The notes under the pieces were generated by a model. The model was not told the DNA's origin and ran no database searches. It saw only the letters and a list, made by a program, of their open reading frames with translations. From Candidatus Babeliales bacterium (GTDB taxonomy: Bacteria; Babelota; Babeliae; Babelales; Vermiphilaceae), in contig CAVUQO010000003.1 of the NCBI GenBank assembly GCA_963743635.1, positions 416,001 through 480,000 on the forward strand: a DNA stretch of 64,000 nucleotides. The letters run 5' to 3'. The first letter of the stretch is position 1. The number at the start of each line of letters is the position of its first letter. The translations under genes were made by a program, and so were the position numbers. Shown here piece by piece: positions 1 through 11,758 of this stretch.

Positions 1-811
1 CTGTAGTTGTAGTAGTTGTCGTTGAGATAGAATTGTGTGTTTTACTCGTATCAATCTCATCATCCTGATGAGTCTGCGTAGACTTTTCTGATTTACTTGT
101 ATCATTGCTGCGCACAGGAGCAGGTATCAGTATGTGTTCATCACATCGTTTTTTAGCCAAAAGGGCATCCAATTCTCGAGATAACTGCATATCATCGGGC
201 GATGTGCCTTGAACGAATCTAATGGTTTTTGATATGGCGTCTAATCGAGCTCGTTCGACTTCAGCAAGTGCGATGAGTTCTTCGCGCTCCTCTTTCCATC
301 GTTTGAGCATTGCCATTACTTGTTTGTCGGTTTCTTCGAGCGACGCTTTTTTTTGTGCAGCGTAATAATTTGCAAGTGGCTCTCGAAGTAACTGTGCATA
401 CGCAGGGTTCATAGAATATTGTAATTCTACTTCAGTTTTATGTGCGTTATTGTAGCTTGCAACTTTTGTCAGCAATCTGACCAGGGTAGCAATATCATTA
501 GCTTTATAGAGATCGTCTATTGACGCATTAAGATTATTGCATCTGTCTTTGAGATTAGAGGTTGCCTTGCTGGGGTGATCCAGTTCGTCTTCGAGCAACG
601 CGGCGCGGCCATTCATTTTTCGTTGTATACCAACAACGACTGCATGGGTTGCATCTGTGGCAGTAGTAGCGGCAGCAGATGCAGCAGCTGATAGGGCCCT
701 ACCGGTAGTCGTTTTTATATTCTCGAATAGATTGTCCATTGCATGAACATGCGGTATTGAAGTGAGAGATATGAAACCGAGAACAATAGTGTGAAACTTT
801 AAGTTTTTCAT
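1..811 (-). CDS. Secreted hypothetical protein, partial (runs off the window start)
   Basis: Read manually: ATG at 811 after a GGAG RBS, MKNLKFHTIVLGFISLTSIPHVHA|MDNLFEN...; signal peptide; absent from the ORF track, consistent with no stop inside the window. Confidence 0.75.
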   Translation of the reverse strand, partial: MKNLKFHTIVLGFISLTSIPHVHAMDNLFENIKTTTGRALSAAASAAATTATDATHAVVVGIQRKMNGRAALLEDELDHPSKATSNLKDRCNNLNASIDDLYKANDIATLVRLLTKVASYNNAHKTEVELQYSMNPAYAQLLREPLANYYAAQKKASLEETDKQVMAMLKRWKEEREELIALAEVERARLDAISKTIRFVQGTSPDDMQLSRELDALLAKKRCDEHILIPAPVRSNDTSKSEKSTQTHQDDEIDTSKTHNSISTTTTTTT

Positions 812-1014
812 TGATATCTCCTTCCTAAGGCCCTGATATTTTGGAGGTAGTGTATATTTTTTCATTTAGCAACGCAAAGAAAATGTGTGTTAGCTATTCG
901 CATAGGCTTGCGTCATATGGCAAATCATATATGCTATGGGAAATAGATCTGCGCAAACCTGCGCGTATTACTAAAGATCATATGTTTAACACACTCAAAA
1001 AAGAGGATCGCTTT

Positions 1015-2118
1015 ATGAAGAGTGCTTCAATGGTACGTAAATCATTATCAATTTCATTGTTAGTAGTAACACTTGCAATGCTCCCTGGATGTTCTCCTTT
1101 TGACTGGTTTAAAACGCAAAGTGGCTCCGATAACGCGGCCGTCGCTGAGTCAGGTGAAAAAGGCATGCCTGCTGGAGACCAAAAGTCTGCAAAAGAAGCC
1201 GCAATGCCTGGCGATGTTCTTGTTTCTATGGATGGCAAACCAGTGGTAACCAAAGCAGATCTTGAAGAACAATATCGACAAGTAATCGAATCACAACCTG
1301 AATTGGCAAAGCTTGAAGGCTGCGTAAAAGATAGTTTATTACAAGGTTTGGTAAAACAAGCAGTAGTAGATCGCGCTGCAAAAGATAATAAGCTTAAAGA
1401 AAGTGCCGAATACAAGAAAGATCTTGCTTTGATGTATGATCATTGCGAAAAGATTTTGAATCTGAAGTATTTCAGAAAAATGTTTGAATCAGAATTGGAA
1501 GTAACTAAGGCTGAAGTTAAAGATTTTTATGACAAAAACAAAGGCAACTTTAATGAGTTGATTCTTGATCATGGTGGCGTTGAAACTAGAGGAGTTTCAT
1601 TTGATAAAAAAGCTGATGCTGAAGCATTCCTTGCTAAGGTAAAAGCCGCACCAAAAGATTTCGATAAACTTGCACAAGCATTCCCTCCAAAAGATGTATT
1701 CCAAGCTTTTGTACAAGCACACAGTCCAAATGTTGACGTAGCGATTAAGACCGCGGTTGCTGCAATGAAGAGTTTCCCTAAGATTGAAATGGTAACTACT
1801 GCAGCTAACGTGTACTGGGTAATCAATGCAACGAGCAGAAAAGAACCACAATACCGTCCATTGGATAAAGACATCGAAGCAGGTTTGACTGAGTTAATCA
1901 AACAAGAAAAAGAAGCAAAAGTAATGCGCACTAAGATGGAAGAATTAGAAAAGAAATATAATGTTAAAGTCAACCATGCGGCATTGCAAAGCGCACAAAC
2001 TCAAATTGATTTTGAACAATCATTGGGCATGATGCTTGATAATGATACGCAAGTTGCAGAAGCTGATCTTGATCAAACAGCTGAATCAGCTGCTAATCAC
2101 ACAGCACACGTTGCATAA
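1015..2118 (+). CDS. PrsA/PpiC-like parvulin-type foldase lipoprotein
   Basis: Lipobox-like LPGC, SurA-N-like VLVSMDGKPVVTKADL, EVTKAEVKDFYDKNK and a degenerate rotamase segment; start probably MKSASM at 1015. Confidence 0.7.
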   Translation: MKSASMVRKSLSISLLVVTLAMLPGCSPFDWFKTQSGSDNAAVAESGEKGMPAGDQKSAKEAAMPGDVLVSMDGKPVVTKADLEEQYRQVIESQPELAKLEGCVKDSLLQGLVKQAVVDRAAKDNKLKESAEYKKDLALMYDHCEKILNLKYFRKMFESELEVTKAEVKDFYDKNKGNFNELILDHGGVETRGVSFDKKADAEAFLAKVKAAPKDFDKLAQAFPPKDVFQAFVQAHSPNVDVAIKTAVAAMKSFPKIEMVTTAANVYWVINATSRKEPQYRPLDKDIEAGLTELIKQEKEAKVMRTKMEELEKKYNVKVNHAALQSAQTQIDFEQSLGMMLDNDTQVAEADLDQTAESAANHTAHVA

Positions 2119-2139
2119 ACGTAACGATAAACATACACT

Positions 2140-2175
2140 AAAGGGGAGCGTCTGAGTAAGACGTTCCCCTTTTTG
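2140..2175 (+). terminator. Rho-independent terminator
   Basis: AGGGGAGCGTCT-loop-AGACGTTCCCCT followed by a T-tract. Confidence 0.75.
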
Positions 2176-2223
2176 TTTAGATGCAAATAAAAAACGGTCA
2201 CATGAATTTCGTTAGGGAGTATA

Positions 2224-3156
2224 ATGAAAAAAATAATCTTGAGTCTCACACTGTTGGTAACCGTAGCGCCGATGACGCTCTGTTATAAAGTCAAAGCAAA
2301 GGACGCTGAACCTGAAGCGCCTATCAAACCTGAACCAGAATCAACCAAAGAAAGTAAACGCTATAAAATCGATGGTATTCTTGCGGTTGTGCCGAGCTCA
2401 GAAGGCAATAGAGTCATTATGGAATCGAGTATCACCCAGCCCGCCATCGACGGTACCATGCGTACGCAGGAAGACCTGATTCGTGCGGCTCGTTTATATT
2501 CTGAAGCGGCAAAATATGGAATGTTGCCAAGCGAGCAGGATATTGACGAGCATCTTAATATGATTAAACGTGAAAATAAGTTGACGCATGATGATATTGT
2601 TAAGCTCTTTGACTCAGCAGGATACACGTTTGCAGAAGGTCGCGAACAACTCGCTGAGATGTCCGCTATTAATACGCTTTTGAGCGTTAAAATACATTCT
2701 CGGTTATTGATTCCAGAACGTGAAATACGCGCCTATTATGAGGCGAATCCTGAATATATGGAAGCGCAGTATGAATTGCAGTATGGCGTCATGTCATTCA
2801 TGATGAATGAAACCAAAGAAGAACAGTTTGAAAAAATCGAAGATGCCTTGAAAGAAGGAAAAGAAGTTCCGCATATCGAGTGGAGAAATCCTTACTGGAC
2901 GAGCGCGGAAGAGATTGCAGAAGATCGCAAGTTTGTTACGCAGATGAAGCCTGGCGAGGTTCGCATGACGCAAGAACTGTTGGATGGCTTTGAATTCTTT
3001 AAGATGCTCAACGTTGCAGAACGCCGCTTGAAAACATTCGAAGAACGATATACCGAAATTGCGGATATATTACGCCGGCCACGCTATGAACGGCTTTTCT
3101 CTGAATTTGAACAGCATTTAGAAGCAACCATGCCCGTTATTTTCATGGCTCACTGA
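2224..3156 (+). CDS. SurA N-terminal-domain chaperone
   Basis: Signal peptide, IDGILAVV, EQDIDEHLNMIKREN, EREIRAYYEAN pattern typical of SurA/PrsA. Confidence 0.65.
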   Translation: MKKIILSLTLLVTVAPMTLCYKVKAKDAEPEAPIKPEPESTKESKRYKIDGILAVVPSSEGNRVIMESSITQPAIDGTMRTQEDLIRAARLYSEAAKYGMLPSEQDIDEHLNMIKRENKLTHDDIVKLFDSAGYTFAEGREQLAEMSAINTLLSVKIHSRLLIPEREIRAYYEANPEYMEAQYELQYGVMSFMMNETKEEQFEKIEDALKEGKEVPHIEWRNPYWTSAEEIAEDRKFVTQMKPGEVRMTQELLDGFEFFKMLNVAERRLKTFEERYTEIADILRRPRYERLFSEFEQHLEATMPVIFMAH

Positions 3157-3165
3157 GGAAACAAT

Positions 3166-3498
3166 ATGGCGACTTTTCAAGAATTTATGAATATTGATAT
3201 TCGGGTAGGTAAAATTATTGAGGCGGAAAGCTTTCCGGAAGCTCGTAAGCCAGCATACAAACTTACGATTGATTTTGGCCCGGAGATTGGCATTAAAAAA
3301 TCATCAGCTCAAATTACGGATCATTATTCGAAAGAAGATTTGATCGATAAATTGGTGCTGTGTGTTGTTAATTTTGCCCCGCGCCAAATAGGCCCATTCA
3401 TATCTGAAGTCTTGACCTTGGGAGTACCAGGGGAAAACGGGACGGTCGTTATTGTGGAGCCAGAACGACCGGTCGCTTTGGGCGGTCGATTATTCTAA
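3166..3498 (+). CDS. csaA: tRNA-binding protein / secretion chaperone CsaA
   Basis: DIRVGKI, FPEARKPAYKL, SSAQIT, VVNFAPRQIGPFISEVLTLG. Confidence 0.93.
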   Translation: MATFQEFMNIDIRVGKIIEAESFPEARKPAYKLTIDFGPEIGIKKSSAQITDHYSKEDLIDKLVLCVVNFAPRQIGPFISEVLTLGVPGENGTVVIVEPERPVALGGRLF

Positions 3499-3764
3499 GA
3501 ATCGATGCATGACATAGGCATCTACGTAGCCAAGTGTTTGATGGTTATATACTTTTGGTAATGTGCCAACTATTGCAAATCCCATTTTTTGCCACGCCTT
3601 AACGGCAGGGGTATTAGTTGCAATCACCATGTTAAATTGCATTGCCTTAAAGCCCAAATCTTTTGCTTTTTTAATTGAATCAGCAGCCATGAAAGATCCG
3701 ATGCCGCGTCCTTGATAGTCTGGATGCACCATGTATGATGCATTGGCAACATGTGAGCCAAGTC
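3490..3764 (-). pseudogene. GNAT acetyltransferase, C-terminal half only
   Basis: LGSHVANASYMVHPDYQGRGIG acetyl-CoA motif and FNMVIATNTPAVKAW; a stop lies immediately upstream and the N-terminal half is absent. Confidence 0.75.
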
Positions 3765-3994
3765 ATTTCATGAAGGTTCATAGATTACACCATGGTGTTT
3801 TAACACAATAATTAAATTCGTATCCATGAAATGATTAACATTTTTGAGCTTATTGCAGGTTTGATATGCAGGAGAAAAAGTTATCATATATTATTATTTA
3901 TTATCTTTAGGTTAATAATAACTTTAGCTTTTTTGATTTTTAGCCTTAATTATTGTAATATAAAGGCTCGTGATTTTTTATTATTGTTGAGACT

Positions 3995-5000
3995 ATGGGG
4001 GGATCCATGCCTTTGTTGAATAAGATATATAACCTGCTTCTTTTACTCTGTTTAATTGCCTTTCCTGTTCTTTCCGCTGCCAAAAGCCCCAAATATGAAA
4101 TGGGTTCTCAAGAGGCGTGTGAGCATATTTACGATGCTTTGAAGTCCTTTGGTTTTTACGAAATAGGAAACCATCAGTTTTTGAAAAAAGACTATAACGA
4201 ATTGTATAACAATTTTGATCAGTTCATTGAACTTATGAGCCAGGATGAAGAATTTTCTGTGCGCATATATGACCTTGAGAAAGAATTTTTATCGATTGAG
4301 CAGTATAAGCAGCGATATTGCGCAGCGCCTCCTAGTTATCGTGATCCAAGAGTTCATGCAACAAAGCGTTTTAATAAAATCTATTTTCAGTTCATTAAGG
4401 AACATCAAGAGCTGATTCGCGAAAAGCATCCTGATATCTTTGCCTATAGTCCAGAAGTAGTAGCTTTTTTACAAAGTATGGAGATGCTCGATACCATGGC
4501 GCGAGAGCTATTCACCGAAATTATAGATATTCTTGAGGAAAGAAGACCTGGTATTAAAGCGCTTGTCTATGGCAAACATCAGGAGCTAACGATTATTTCT
4601 AAGATTGTACGGTATGAAAAAACCGAAGGCTGGGGAACAACGCCACATCGTGATAAATCCTGCATAACGCTTATATGGGATTCAAATGATGATAACGATG
4701 ATTCTTTGCTTTTGTGTGAAGATACTCAGAATCCGAGTATTAAAAAATTAAAAAAAGCCAGTTAGATTGTTCTCTCAAAAAGATGATGCAACTTCTACCA
4801 TTCTTATACCCGGTGCGGCATGTTCGAAGGTTGGTATAGAACTTAATCCGACCATTCATGGCGTTGCGCCTATCGAAAAAGAATATAGGCATGCAGTTAT
4901 ATCTTTTCTTTTGATACCAGATATTGATATGTCTGATATTACCTCTGATTTCATTGAATCAGGTGAAAATAATGAGAGCTTGGCAACTCAGGGAGTTTAG
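3995..5000 (+). CDS. 2OG-Fe(II) oxygenase-like protein with signal peptide, split by one frameshift in the A-run near 4750-4757
   Basis: FGFYEIGNH, HxD (PHRD), then distal H (IHGV) and R (YRHAVIS) in the second frame; removing one A joins ORFs 3995-4765 and 4767-5000. Confidence 0.65.
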
Positions 5001-5449
5001 TGGTGTATTTCCCATCAGCAAAAATTATTATTCGTCATCCTGCTGATGCAGATAAAATATTGTTGGTGCAGCGGAATACTTACTATGAGCCCGCTGGGGG
5101 CAAGCTAGAGATCAATTTCTCGACGCGAACTGCTGAAAACTTAGAACAGTGTGCTATACGTGAGGCACGAGAAGAGCTGGGACTTACGGTGTCGATCGAA
5201 CGATACATTGGAAGTTATTACTTTTTCTGGAGTATAGATCCGAGTAAGTTTAGTTCCTGTGCAGTGTTTGTTGGCGGTATTGTTGCGCAAGACAAGGACT
5301 TTATTGCCAATGCCGACACGTGCGAATTAGCAATCGAGCCAGCGTGGGTTTCCGTCGATGATGTTTTGAGTAACAAAGTCCCTATTGATCCTCTTTACAT
5401 TGGTCTGGAAGATTTACTTCTAGATTACTGCCGCCAATTAAAAGGCTAG
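5000..5449 (+). CDS. NUDIX hydrolase
   Basis: GGKLE...CAIREAREELGL Nudix box with an insertion. Confidence 0.85.
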   Translation: MVYFPSAKIIIRHPADADKILLVQRNTYYEPAGGKLEINFSTRTAENLEQCAIREAREELGLTVSIERYIGSYYFFWSIDPSKFSSCAVFVGGIVAQDKDFIANADTCELAIEPAWVSVDDVLSNKVPIDPLYIGLEDLLLDYCRQLKG

Positions 5450-5456
5450 CATTCAT

Positions 5457-6314
5457 TTACTGCCAGAGCAGTTCTGTATCAAGATCCAGTGCGGCAAATT
5501 CAAGCTCTAAAAGTTTGTCTCTAAAATCAGCATAAGGCCAATCACGAGGTTCTTCGCCTTTAAATTTTAAACGGCAGATTGGTTGGCCAGTATATTCAGT
5601 AGTTTTCTTGTAATCCAAACCTTCAAATCCCTTATTAAGTTGGTGCCGCAGTATGGCCATTGATGTTGGGTTTAAATACGGAGAAGGGTCTGATGGGTGA
5701 TGAAATCTATAACATACTCTTAAATGACCACTGAGTATTTTGGGTCGCAATATGGATATCCAAAACAATGAGGGAATTCGTGTTTCAGTATCTTCTGGAT
5801 AGGCATTGGGTTTGAGTTTGCTTACGCCGATATAATGCTCTTCGCCGGAATCTCTGATTGCAGTAAGCCACTGACATACTGCAATCGTGCGTTGCTCGGC
5901 TAATCCAAAACATTGAAGCAATGTGTTACGAGTGCCAGCATCTCCCTCTTGTTTTATTTGTTTTAAGATCAATTGTTGCATGACAAGGGCCCCCATAAAC
6001 TCATCGAAGCATTTTATGTATTTGGTAAAGCGGGCTTCGATTTCAGTGCTTGGCAGAGTAGGTAATGTTTTTGCATATTCAGCAGTGCTGCGATCATCGA
6101 TAACATTGTTCTTGAGGCTTTGTTTCTGTATTCCTTGTATTATTGTTTGTTCTATGATCTCACTTGGCGCTGCCGGCATTTCTTCATCGCCCCACGGATT
6201 ACCGTTTTCTATGTACTGTTCGAATGCGTCATCGGGAGTAAGGGGATACATGGCATGCAATGGTATGCTCATGTAGAGTACCATAACCGTCAACGTGATA
6301 CTTTTTCGAAACAT
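5457..6314 (-). CDS. Secreted hypothetical protein
   Basis: Start MFRKSITLTVMVLYMSIPLHA|MY at 6314, directly after the sbcD stop. Confidence 0.7.
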   Translation of the reverse strand: MFRKSITLTVMVLYMSIPLHAMYPLTPDDAFEQYIENGNPWGDEEMPAAPSEIIEQTIIQGIQKQSLKNNVIDDRSTAEYAKTLPTLPSTEIEARFTKYIKCFDEFMGALVMQQLILKQIKQEGDAGTRNTLLQCFGLAEQRTIAVCQWLTAIRDSGEEHYIGVSKLKPNAYPEDTETRIPSLFWISILRPKILSGHLRVCYRFHHPSDPSPYLNPTSMAILRHQLNKGFEGLDYKKTTEYTGQPICRLKFKGEEPRDWPYADFRDKLLELEFAALDLDTELLWQ

Positions 6315-6315
6315 G

Positions 6316-7557
6316 TTACGCCCCTTCGGTATCTTGCGTTTGCTGTTCTTCGACGAGGAGCATTGCTTTCTTAATAAGATCTTCTTTGCGATCTTTGAGT
6401 TCTGGTTTTGAATCGAAATATGAGCCGAGGAGCGTTGGAAGGTCCATATCAACATTGAGTCCAATGCGTTTTTCGCGTGCGACCGGCTTATGGATAGGTA
6501 TGATGCCGACAACGTGCATGGCGTTTCCGCAGGCGCGTTGCACATCATGCAAACGAACCAGATCTTTTTTGCCGGCAGGAACGTGATATACCACTTTCAC
6601 TACGGCATCTTTTACATCATATTTTTCAATTGCTTCAATTACCTGATCGGTATGATCGCGATCGGGGTTGAGTTCAACTTCGATTTGGATGAAAGGGCGT
6701 GTGGCCACTTTAATGAATTCATGGAACGTTTCACCCCGTTTGGTGATGGTGACTAAGCAGAAACCTTTTTCTTCTTTGCGTTCACCAAAATCGATGCGTT
6801 CGAGTGATCCTGAATATACGAGCGCAGGATAGCCATTTTGGTTCAAGTTTTGGTAACGATGCAAATGACCAAGCGCTACATAGTCAAATTCTTGACGTGC
6901 AAGATTGGAAGGCATGAAAAGAGGGTCGGTGCCATAGATTGCCCGTTTTTCTGATCCAGAAAATATGCCATTGCTGACCGTAAGATGCGCAGCAAGGACG
7001 GCAGGGATTTGCGGGTTTAATTTCTCAGCTAAATCTTGAATGATTGCGTTAACTGCTTTTGAGATATATTCCGTGATTTGTGAGGTTGATTTAAAAAGAT
7101 GTGCATCGCCGAGTGAAATGGTGTTACGTGTTGGCCATGGAATGCCCACAATTTGGACGGGGCCATTTTTAGTTTCGAGCATGATCGTCGTTGGTTTGGA
7201 GATCACATGAAAACCGTCAATGGGTAATGCGCTAAATACATCAAGTGATGTTGCTTTACCAAAACTTAAGGGATGATCGTGATTGCCCACCACAATGACG
7301 ACCGGAATATTCGCCGTATATAATCTCAAAAAACATTTGAGTAGTAAACGTTGTTGAGTAGGGCTTGGATTGGCGGTTTTATATGCGTCACCCGCAAACA
7401 AAAAGAAATCAACGTTTTGCGCAATCGCATGATCGATGCAGGCATTAAGCGCCTTTTCAAAATCAAGTAAGCGAGAATGAATGCCGGTTTTAGGATCGAT
7501 GCGCCCATAATTTTCCATGCCAAAATGTATATCAGCGGTGTGCACAAAGCGTATCAT
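6316..7557 (-). CDS. sbcD: Exonuclease SbcCD subunit D (Mre11-like)
   Basis: Metallophosphoesterase motifs DIHFG, AGD, GNHD, LGHLH and YSGSLERIDFGE. Confidence 0.92.
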   Translation of the reverse strand: MIRFVHTADIHFGMENYGRIDPKTGIHSRLLDFEKALNACIDHAIAQNVDFFLFAGDAYKTANPSPTQQRLLLKCFLRLYTANIPVVIVVGNHDHPLSFGKATSLDVFSALPIDGFHVISKPTTIMLETKNGPVQIVGIPWPTRNTISLGDAHLFKSTSQITEYISKAVNAIIQDLAEKLNPQIPAVLAAHLTVSNGIFSGSEKRAIYGTDPLFMPSNLARQEFDYVALGHLHRYQNLNQNGYPALVYSGSLERIDFGERKEEKGFCLVTITKRGETFHEFIKVATRPFIQIEVELNPDRDHTDQVIEAIEKYDVKDAVVKVVYHVPAGKKDLVRLHDVQRACGNAMHVVGIIPIHKPVAREKRIGLNVDMDLPTLLGSYFDSKPELKDRKEDLIKKAMLLVEEQQTQDTEGA

Positions 7558-9029
7558 AATTCCTCAGGGACTATAGGATCATTAGGAGTTGCTATTGCAT
7601 AGGAGTAGCTTGCGCCATCTTTCCCTTCTGGTGATTCAGGCGATTTAAGTTTACAGCTTCTCATTTTTTTCGCGTATCCTTCTTTATTGACCTGCCGTGA
7701 GCGGGCGATTGCGAGTGCTTCTTCAGGAACATTCTGAGTTATGGTCGAGCCGCCTGCAGTATACGCATTCTTTTCAATCACCAGTGGTGCGATAAGCGTG
7801 TTATTGCTGCCAATATAGGCATTATCTTTAATCGTGGTGAGGTGCTTTTGTTTTCCATCGTGATTGCAGATGATGGTGCCGGCGCCAATATTTACATTGT
7901 TGCCGATAATCGCATCACCCAGATAGCTCAGATGTTTCGCTTTGGTATTGATGCCAAGTGTGCTTTTTTTAATTTCAACAAAGTTGCCTACGCGTGCTCG
8001 TTCATGAATTTCGGTTTCAAGGCGCAGATGTGCATACGGGCCTACGTGGGCATGTGCATGGACGGTGCTATCGCGAATCACTGAATGAGCATCGATGACG
8101 ACGTTGTCTTCCAGTTTTGCATTATCAAGAATACAAAAGGGATGAATGATACAGTTTGATCCAATGACGGTGTTGCCCAAAAGATGTACGCCAGCGCCAA
8201 TGACTGTTCCTTTCCCGATAGTTACATCCAGATCGATTACGGTGGTATCGGGCAGCATGAAGCGTACTCCTTGCTTCATGAACGCGTTCATGAGTTGGGT
8301 GCGTTTAATTTTTTCAGCGGTGGCTAACTCTTGTAGTGTATTGATGCCGCGAATTTCATCACATGATACATCGAGTGTGCATACTGTTTTTCCAGCATCA
8401 CTCGCGATACCGATCAAATCGGTTATATAAAATTCATTACTCGTTTTATTTTGCGCAATGGCGGTGCAGTAGTTAACGAGAAAATCTTTATTAATCAGGT
8501 AAATGCCGGCATTAACGTGATACTCTTGGGGAATTGGACCTTTAAATTCTGAAGCTTCAACGATTTTGATAGAGGTTTCATCGTGTACAATTCGTCCATA
8601 ACTTGCAAACAAGGGATCTGTATTGGGTGCCGTTACAAAAGTGACTGCAGCATTATTTTTTGCATGAATATCATAGAGCTTCATGATGATATCATTGCTT
8701 ACGAGCGGCATGTCGCCATTCATAATGAGAATATGATCTTTATTCCAGGTGTGTTTGGTGCAAAGAAGCGCGTGACCAGTACCTCGTTGTTCCGCTTGAT
8801 GTACAAAGTGCATGTTGCTCTTAATATGCGCACTGAGTGTGCGCTCAACATCCTCTCTTTGATGTCCAGTTACTACTGTAATTTGAATTCCCAAATCATG
8901 AAATAATCGTGCGGGATAGACAATCATTGGTTGCCCGCAGAGTGGTGCGAGTAACTTACTTGAACCGGTGCCAAAACGTGTTGACTTTCCTGCTGCTAAA
9001 ATAATTGCTTGAAGGTTTTTATGCACCAT
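7554..9029 (-). CDS. glmU: Bifunctional UDP-GlcNAc pyrophosphorylase / glucosamine-1-phosphate acetyltransferase
   Basis: LAAGKSTR, QRGTGHA, EFYITD, hexapeptide repeats, GNFVEIK, HLSYLGDA. Confidence 0.96.
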   Translation of the reverse strand: MVHKNLQAIILAAGKSTRFGTGSSKLLAPLCGQPMIVYPARLFHDLGIQITVVTGHQREDVERTLSAHIKSNMHFVHQAEQRGTGHALLCTKHTWNKDHILIMNGDMPLVSNDIIMKLYDIHAKNNAAVTFVTAPNTDPLFASYGRIVHDETSIKIVEASEFKGPIPQEYHVNAGIYLINKDFLVNYCTAIAQNKTSNEFYITDLIGIASDAGKTVCTLDVSCDEIRGINTLQELATAEKIKRTQLMNAFMKQGVRFMLPDTTVIDLDVTIGKGTVIGAGVHLLGNTVIGSNCIIHPFCILDNAKLEDNVVIDAHSVIRDSTVHAHAHVGPYAHLRLETEIHERARVGNFVEIKKSTLGINTKAKHLSYLGDAIIGNNVNIGAGTIICNHDGKQKHLTTIKDNAYIGSNNTLIAPLVIEKNAYTAGGSTITQNVPEEALAIARSRQVNKEGYAKKMRSCKLKSPESPEGKDGASYSYAIATPNDPIVPEEL

Positions 9030-9363
9030 AAAAGAAGACCTTCTCCTTGTTAAAAATGAATATGAGGAAATGCTTAAAAATTTTAACATATGAGTGATTT
9101 AAGTCTATACTCAGCGCAGTAGTAAAACTGAATATTTACGTGTATATTCGTATGTTCTTCATTAACTGCACATTTGAAACAATCTTATCACGAGTAAGAC
9201 TTTTAAAAACAATGGAATAGAGTATTATATACGAAAGCATACTATTCGTTTTCATAGCGAGTAGGGTTGTTGGTCCGTCTATGCTCAGAAATGCTATGAC
9301 GTGCCTCTCACGTCAGATTCAAAAAACGAAGACCGATATATTAAATAGAAAAGCGAGAATATT

Positions 9364-10641
9364 ATGCGAGATCTACGAAACCAAACGCGGGGGCAACGCA
9401 GTCACACCTGGTTTATGTATGCAATGATGGGAACTTTATTAAGTTCATTAGCGATGCCTTCATACGCCGGTCTCTTTTATGATAACCGATTTTTCCCCCT
9501 TACCTTATATCCCTACGTTACTTATTACGATCGTGATCGCTATGCAACGATAGGTACCTTTATGACTACAACGCCATCAGCGTTTGAGCGTGAAGAACGA
9601 GAAATGCCATTATTTAACATATACGGCAACTTTGATGAAAAACAAATAGCGGAAGCAATGCCTAGAGCGAATCCGAATTATACCAATCCTTTTATCGATC
9701 AGGGTCAAGAGAATCTTCTTCTCATGCGCAGTACGATACCCTGGAACATGAATGGTAAAATCCAATCGCAGGGACTTTATTTTGGGGCGCAATATGGTTG
9801 TTCTCGTCATGTAACGCTCGGCTTTGAGTGGTATTTTATGCGCGTTAATTCACGCATTAATTTTGTTCCTGAAGAATCCCGCGATAGAAATAGCGAACTT
9901 GAACTGATTCTGCAAAACATTAACGGCCAATTGGGTATCAATGGAAGCCAAGTTGATGAAGCAGGGATGGGTGATTTAGATCTCTATTGCCGCTTTGGGA
10001 ATGATTGGGATTATGAATTTAAGTTCAGACACATTTCGCTTGGTCTTCGATTCGGCCTTTTAGTACCGGCCGGAAAGCGCATTAATATATGCGAGCCAGC
10101 TTCAGTGCCTTTTGGTGGTAATGGCCACTGGGGCTTTTACTTCATGGGTGACGGAGAATTTGAATTAAAAGAAGACTGGAAACTTGGTTTATACATCGGG
10201 TTAAGTAAACGATTAGCTAAAACTCAATGGCTACGTATGCCGCTTGCTAACGAACCAATTAACTTTGGTCTTGTGCAAGGCTATGCGCGGGTCAATCCGG
10301 GTGTTACCTTTATGTTTGCTCCCTACTTTAGCGTTGAAAATTTAAGAGAAGGCTTTGGCGCACGCATTCAATATACGCTTTCTGCTCATCAGGAAGATAC
10401 ATGGGGAGATCGACGATGCGATAAAACAATTCGGGTTAATTTAAAGCGAGTTGCTAGTTTTTCAAGTTGGTCAGGTGGTCATATCACCCTTACGCCTTTG
10501 TATGATTTTGGTAAAATGAAGGTCGAACGTGGTGTAGATCCAATTATATACCTAGCATGGGACGTTCCGGTAAACGTTTTTGTAACGCGACGAATACCAA
10601 AAACAACTAAGGTCTCACTAGGGATTGAATTTAATTTTTGA
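9364..10641 (+). CDS. Putative outer-membrane beta-barrel protein, paralog of 61856-63292
   Basis: Signal peptide, aromatic alternating strands, C-terminal LGIEFNF. Confidence 0.55.
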   Translation: MRDLRNQTRGQRSHTWFMYAMMGTLLSSLAMPSYAGLFYDNRFFPLTLYPYVTYYDRDRYATIGTFMTTTPSAFEREEREMPLFNIYGNFDEKQIAEAMPRANPNYTNPFIDQGQENLLLMRSTIPWNMNGKIQSQGLYFGAQYGCSRHVTLGFEWYFMRVNSRINFVPEESRDRNSELELILQNINGQLGINGSQVDEAGMGDLDLYCRFGNDWDYEFKFRHISLGLRFGLLVPAGKRINICEPASVPFGGNGHWGFYFMGDGEFELKEDWKLGLYIGLSKRLAKTQWLRMPLANEPINFGLVQGYARVNPGVTFMFAPYFSVENLREGFGARIQYTLSAHQEDTWGDRRCDKTIRVNLKRVASFSSWSGGHITLTPLYDFGKMKVERGVDPIIYLAWDVPVNVFVTRRIPKTTKVSLGIEFNF

Positions 10642-10644
10642 TGA

Positions 10645-11743
<1,099 letters not shown>

Positions 11744-11758
11744 GGACATGAGTATTAT

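Noticed and set aside
4740..4770. Programmed ribosomal frameshift at the A-run
   Set aside because: Joining needs a +1 shift, no stimulatory structure is evident, and indel errors are common in this window
9250..9315. Riboswitch in the leader of 9364
   Set aside because: Only short hairpins (TCATAGC/GCTATGA, TGACGTG/CACGTCA) with no recognisable aptamer consensus
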